Shown here one piece after another: positions 16,310-20,000 of a stretch of DNA of 20,000 nt. Every line of letters starts with the position of its first letter. Within the stretch, counting starts at the first letter, position 1. The notes below the pieces were generated by a model. The model had not been told where the DNA came from. It did not search any database and worked only from the letters and a program-made list of their open reading frames with translations. The translations under genes and the position numbers were made by a program. The stretch is from an uncultured virus (IMG/VR IMGVR_UViG_3300017971_006749) (lineage: Duplodnaviria; Heunggongvirae; Uroviricota; Caudoviricetes), in the IMG/VR virus record IMGVR_UViG_3300017971_006749. The stretch is one strand, 5' to 3'.

Positions 16310-17013
16310 TGTCCAGCCAGTTCTTTCTGTTTCTTTTCCCAATATATGAGGTCAGGATTAATATCATTTTCAGTGAGTGTGGCAGTTATCGCCTTACCAT
16401 TACCATAAATTGGGCCACCATGCTGAACGAAAACAGCATAACAAATAGCATGTAAATAACCCGCCAGACGTACCCGTAAAGCAAAATCATGATGACCTCG
16501 ATACCACCTAAAGTTTTCGTCAAATAATCCGATATCATCAATGACCGTTCGTTTGATATAAAGAGATTCAGCATCTACCTTATCCTGTGTCACCATGTAG
16601 GGAATCCAGCCAGCTTTACCCATAGGACATGGAGGCTGATTCGCAGGATGTTGTTGTGGATTCTGTGCTGTTTCCAGAAGCGGCCCAACACAACCAATAC
16701 CTTTTTCAGCATAAGCTACCTGTTGTAATTTTTCTACCATATTAGTCGTATGAAGATATAGGTCATCTGTCAATAAAACCACATCATCGTTTTCAGATAA
16801 CTTTATTCCTATATTCCATGCTGAATAAGGACTGAAAGGCACAGGAGCATCTACATATTGAAACATGCTATATTTATTTCTTATATCATCTGTAAGTTCA
16901 TGTAATACGATTAAAGGATATGAGATAGTTTCCAAATACGACATAGCAAAAATATCAAATACCCAATCATGCTTACTAGAAACTATACATGTAACATTAG
17001 GCAGGTTGCTCAT
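16306..17013 (-). CDS. GT2-family glycosyltransferase
   Basis: AWNIGIK, VVLLTDD, IGLFDENF, DFALRVRLAG and VQH motifs. Confidence 0.8.
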   Translation of the reverse strand: MSNLPNVTCIVSSKHDWVFDIFAMSYLETISYPLIVLHELTDDIRNKYSMFQYVDAPVPFSPYSAWNIGIKLSENDDVVLLTDDLYLHTTNMVEKLQQVAYAEKGIGCVGPLLETAQNPQQHPANQPPCPMGKAGWIPYMVTQDKVDAESLYIKRTVIDDIGLFDENFRWYRGHHDFALRVRLAGYLHAICYAVFVQHGGPIYGNGKAITATLTENDINPDLIYWEKKQKELAGQ

Positions 17014-19150
17014 AACTGTCTCCGGGAAAATATTTCTGCAACCAGTCTAATTCGTTCCGCTCAGGATGTAATTGCATCCAGCCACCTGTACCCCGCTTCA
17101 CATCCAGCAACATATCGAAATATTCATCATACATCCACTTAACACGATCTAAAGTAAAATTCGCCATAGCATATCTATAACAATCAGCAGGTTTAATCCT
17201 GCCTATATTCTGTGCCGCCCTGACAAATTGACTAAGGGTTCTGCAACGATAACCGGTTTTGTTATGTATTACCAGTTCCTGAAATGCACCCCAATCGGAT
17301 GTAATTACAGGAGTGCCCGAAAATGCAGCCTCTATTATCACGCCACCGAAAGGTTCAACATACTGTGTTGGTAGAAATAATGCCCTTGCATTTGCTAATA
17401 ATTTCTTCCGTTCCTCTACACCAACAAAGCCTATATATTCTACACCCGGATGATCAAGGTTAATACCTTCACCACCATTCTGTCCTGCGATTATTAACTT
17501 CGCTCCTATAGCATTGATAATAGCTATCGCCTCTCGAATACCTTTACGAACAATCACCCTGCCAAGAAAAACGAAATAATCGCTTTTCTTATCTTGGTAG
17601 CAAAAATCATCAGGGTCAAAATAATTAGGGATTACAACATCATACCATTTACCATTACCCTGTTTCTGTAGACCCCAATTATAGTGCATGTGAGAAGAGG
17701 ACTCAAAAACCTTAAATCTGCAAATAGGGTTATTATAACCAATACCCATCTCTACAACTAAATATAATTTATCAGGCATATTGATATATGAAGTATTGAA
17801 AGCTTCCAGTATAGGTATATATGCCTGAGGTGAGAATGGAATCAGCAGAAAATCATCAACCTGCATTCTTTTCTTTATCTCTGGTATAGTGTTCTTATTG
17901 AATGTCTTATAAGCTAAATCACCTATATTATGCTTATAAGGTACTTTCTTCATATCGTAATCACCATACGTCTCCTTGATAACTTTTTTGGTAGATACTT
18001 GGATGAATTCATCACACTCAACATCTGATCCCTCAACACCATAGAAAAATACCGTATGACCCAGACTCTTTAGCATCTTTCCCATTTTAATAACTTTCTG
18101 AGAAAAAGCACAGGCAAGAGAATCCCCTTTATCAGTTGGTACATGAGGCAATCCTAAAAGATGAAAACGTTTCTTTTGTCTTACTACTCCGGTAAAGACT
18201 GGAAAATCATCAGGAACTTCAGTCGCTATTTCAGGTATATTCGATAATATATCTTTCCATAACTTCGGCTGTAATCCGGAAAATACGGGCAAATCAACAT
18301 TTCGCTGTATAGGAGTTGAGCTTTCTTGTTTCGATAAGCCGGGATTCCATTCATTCTGATCAAGTGTATTTCGTACTAATCTAGCAAATAATATATCACT
18401 ATCTTTAACAAATTGTTCGGATAACTTATTAAAAAATGGAGAATCATTAGCAAAAGCATGGACTATTTCTACCTCAGATGGTAATTCATTTTGAGTATCA
18501 ATTAACCTATCTACTACCCGGTCACTACCACCTCCACCCAGAATACCGTATTTAACCACATCTATTCTATCACGGCATGATCGTACCGTATTATTCAGAG
18601 TAATAGAAATCTCTCCCCTTTGCAGATCGGGTTTCTTTGCTATAACTTCTGACTTCTCTAATACCTGTTTCATAAGTTTCGATGCTGGCTTAGACATCAC
18701 AATAGAAGCATTATAGAAAGGATAGCCGGGGTCGTTTGGTAGGGATTCATCAGGAAGGACTAGCTCTTTATCACTATTCATCAAATGATATAAAGCATCT
18801 TTTACACAAAATGTATCAAGGTCAAGACACATACCACCATATTTATATAGTATCTGCCATTCAATTAAATTACTGACATCCGTACAATAACGTAAACTTT
18901 GTTTATCAGGTAGAGCAGCAATATCCGGCCTGTCGATAATGTGTAATTCAATCTTATCCTTAAGAAGCGGCCAATATTCACCTTGTGGCTCATCAAATGC
19001 CCATAATAATACTCTATCGGTATCTTGAGTTTTAATAACACTAAGGATAGCTAAATAATATCCATAAACCAATATATTACTGGTTAAAATAAAATGAATT
19101 GGTATCCAACATGTTTTCAATGTCTGTCTATTCTTATTCCGGGTATTCAT
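16997..19150 (-). CDS. bifunctional glycosyltransferase: N-terminal GT32-like (DxD) domain plus C-terminal GT4 (GT-B) domain
   Basis: N-terminal ILYKYGGMCLDLD. C-terminal FVFLGRVIVRKG and EPFGGVIIEAAFSGTPVITSDWGAFQE (EX7E motif). Confidence 0.85.
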   Translation of the reverse strand: MNTRNKNRQTLKTCWIPIHFILTSNILVYGYYLAILSVIKTQDTDRVLLWAFDEPQGEYWPLLKDKIELHIIDRPDIAALPDKQSLRYCTDVSNLIEWQILYKYGGMCLDLDTFCVKDALYHLMNSDKELVLPDESLPNDPGYPFYNASIVMSKPASKLMKQVLEKSEVIAKKPDLQRGEISITLNNTVRSCRDRIDVVKYGILGGGGSDRVVDRLIDTQNELPSEVEIVHAFANDSPFFNKLSEQFVKDSDILFARLVRNTLDQNEWNPGLSKQESSTPIQRNVDLPVFSGLQPKLWKDILSNIPEIATEVPDDFPVFTGVVRQKKRFHLLGLPHVPTDKGDSLACAFSQKVIKMGKMLKSLGHTVFFYGVEGSDVECDEFIQVSTKKVIKETYGDYDMKKVPYKHNIGDLAYKTFNKNTIPEIKKRMQVDDFLLIPFSPQAYIPILEAFNTSYINMPDKLYLVVEMGIGYNNPICRFKVFESSSHMHYNWGLQKQGNGKWYDVVIPNYFDPDDFCYQDKKSDYFVFLGRVIVRKGIREAIAIINAIGAKLIIAGQNGGEGINLDHPGVEYIGFVGVEERKKLLANARALFLPTQYVEPFGGVIIEAAFSGTPVITSDWGAFQELVIHNKTGYRCRTLSQFVRAAQNIGRIKPADCYRYAMANFTLDRVKWMYDEYFDMLLDVKRGTGGWMQLHPERNELDWLQKYFPGDSYEQPA

Positions 19151-19166
19151 TTCTATTCCTTTTTTG

Positions 19167-20000
<834 letters not shown>

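Noticed and set aside
912..17050. Plus-strand ORFs in the track (912, 1770, 8317, 9739, 10712, 11034, 12593, 14338, 14517, 14838, 16865) and the nested minus-strand ORF 16386..16574
   Set aside because: Most are shadows of well-supported minus-strand genes or overlap promoter regions. They show no recognisable motifs or convincing SD sites.
18190..18300. Duplicated peptide DLPVFSG / DFPVFTG in the GT32-GT4 linker
   Set aside because: Too short to support a functional claim; probably a small local duplication.

Overview
AT-rich window in which every credible gene lies on the minus strand, with bacterial Shine-Dalgarno sites, frequent stop/start overlaps and three near-consensus sigma70-type promoters. 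It has no housekeeping genes, and no flippase, polymerase or ABC exporter is visible. It looks like part of a large bacteriophage or prophage-like element, although no capsid, terminase or integrase gene is in view. The main content is a glycan-building gene cluster directly downstream of a proline-free, Thr-rich collagen-like fibre gene with a C1q/TNF-like C-terminus. The cluster encodes a GT32+GT4 fusion, GT2, two GT9-like and one GT8 glycosyltransferase, a UDP-glucuronate 4-epimerase-like SDR, five class I SAM methyltransferases, a B12-binding radical SAM enzyme, an LpxH-like metallophosphoesterase and a lipoprotein subtilase. A self-contained cassette of small phage early-type genes (about 8.1-11.3 kb, including an LPD29 polyvalent-type protein and an XRE regulator) splits the cluster. 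Non-coding features include a candidate ~145-nt small RNA with its own perfect promoter and terminator, several long irregular hairpins, and helically phased ATATTA repeat arrays at both ends of the cassette. All family calls are by motif recognition only; no searches were run.
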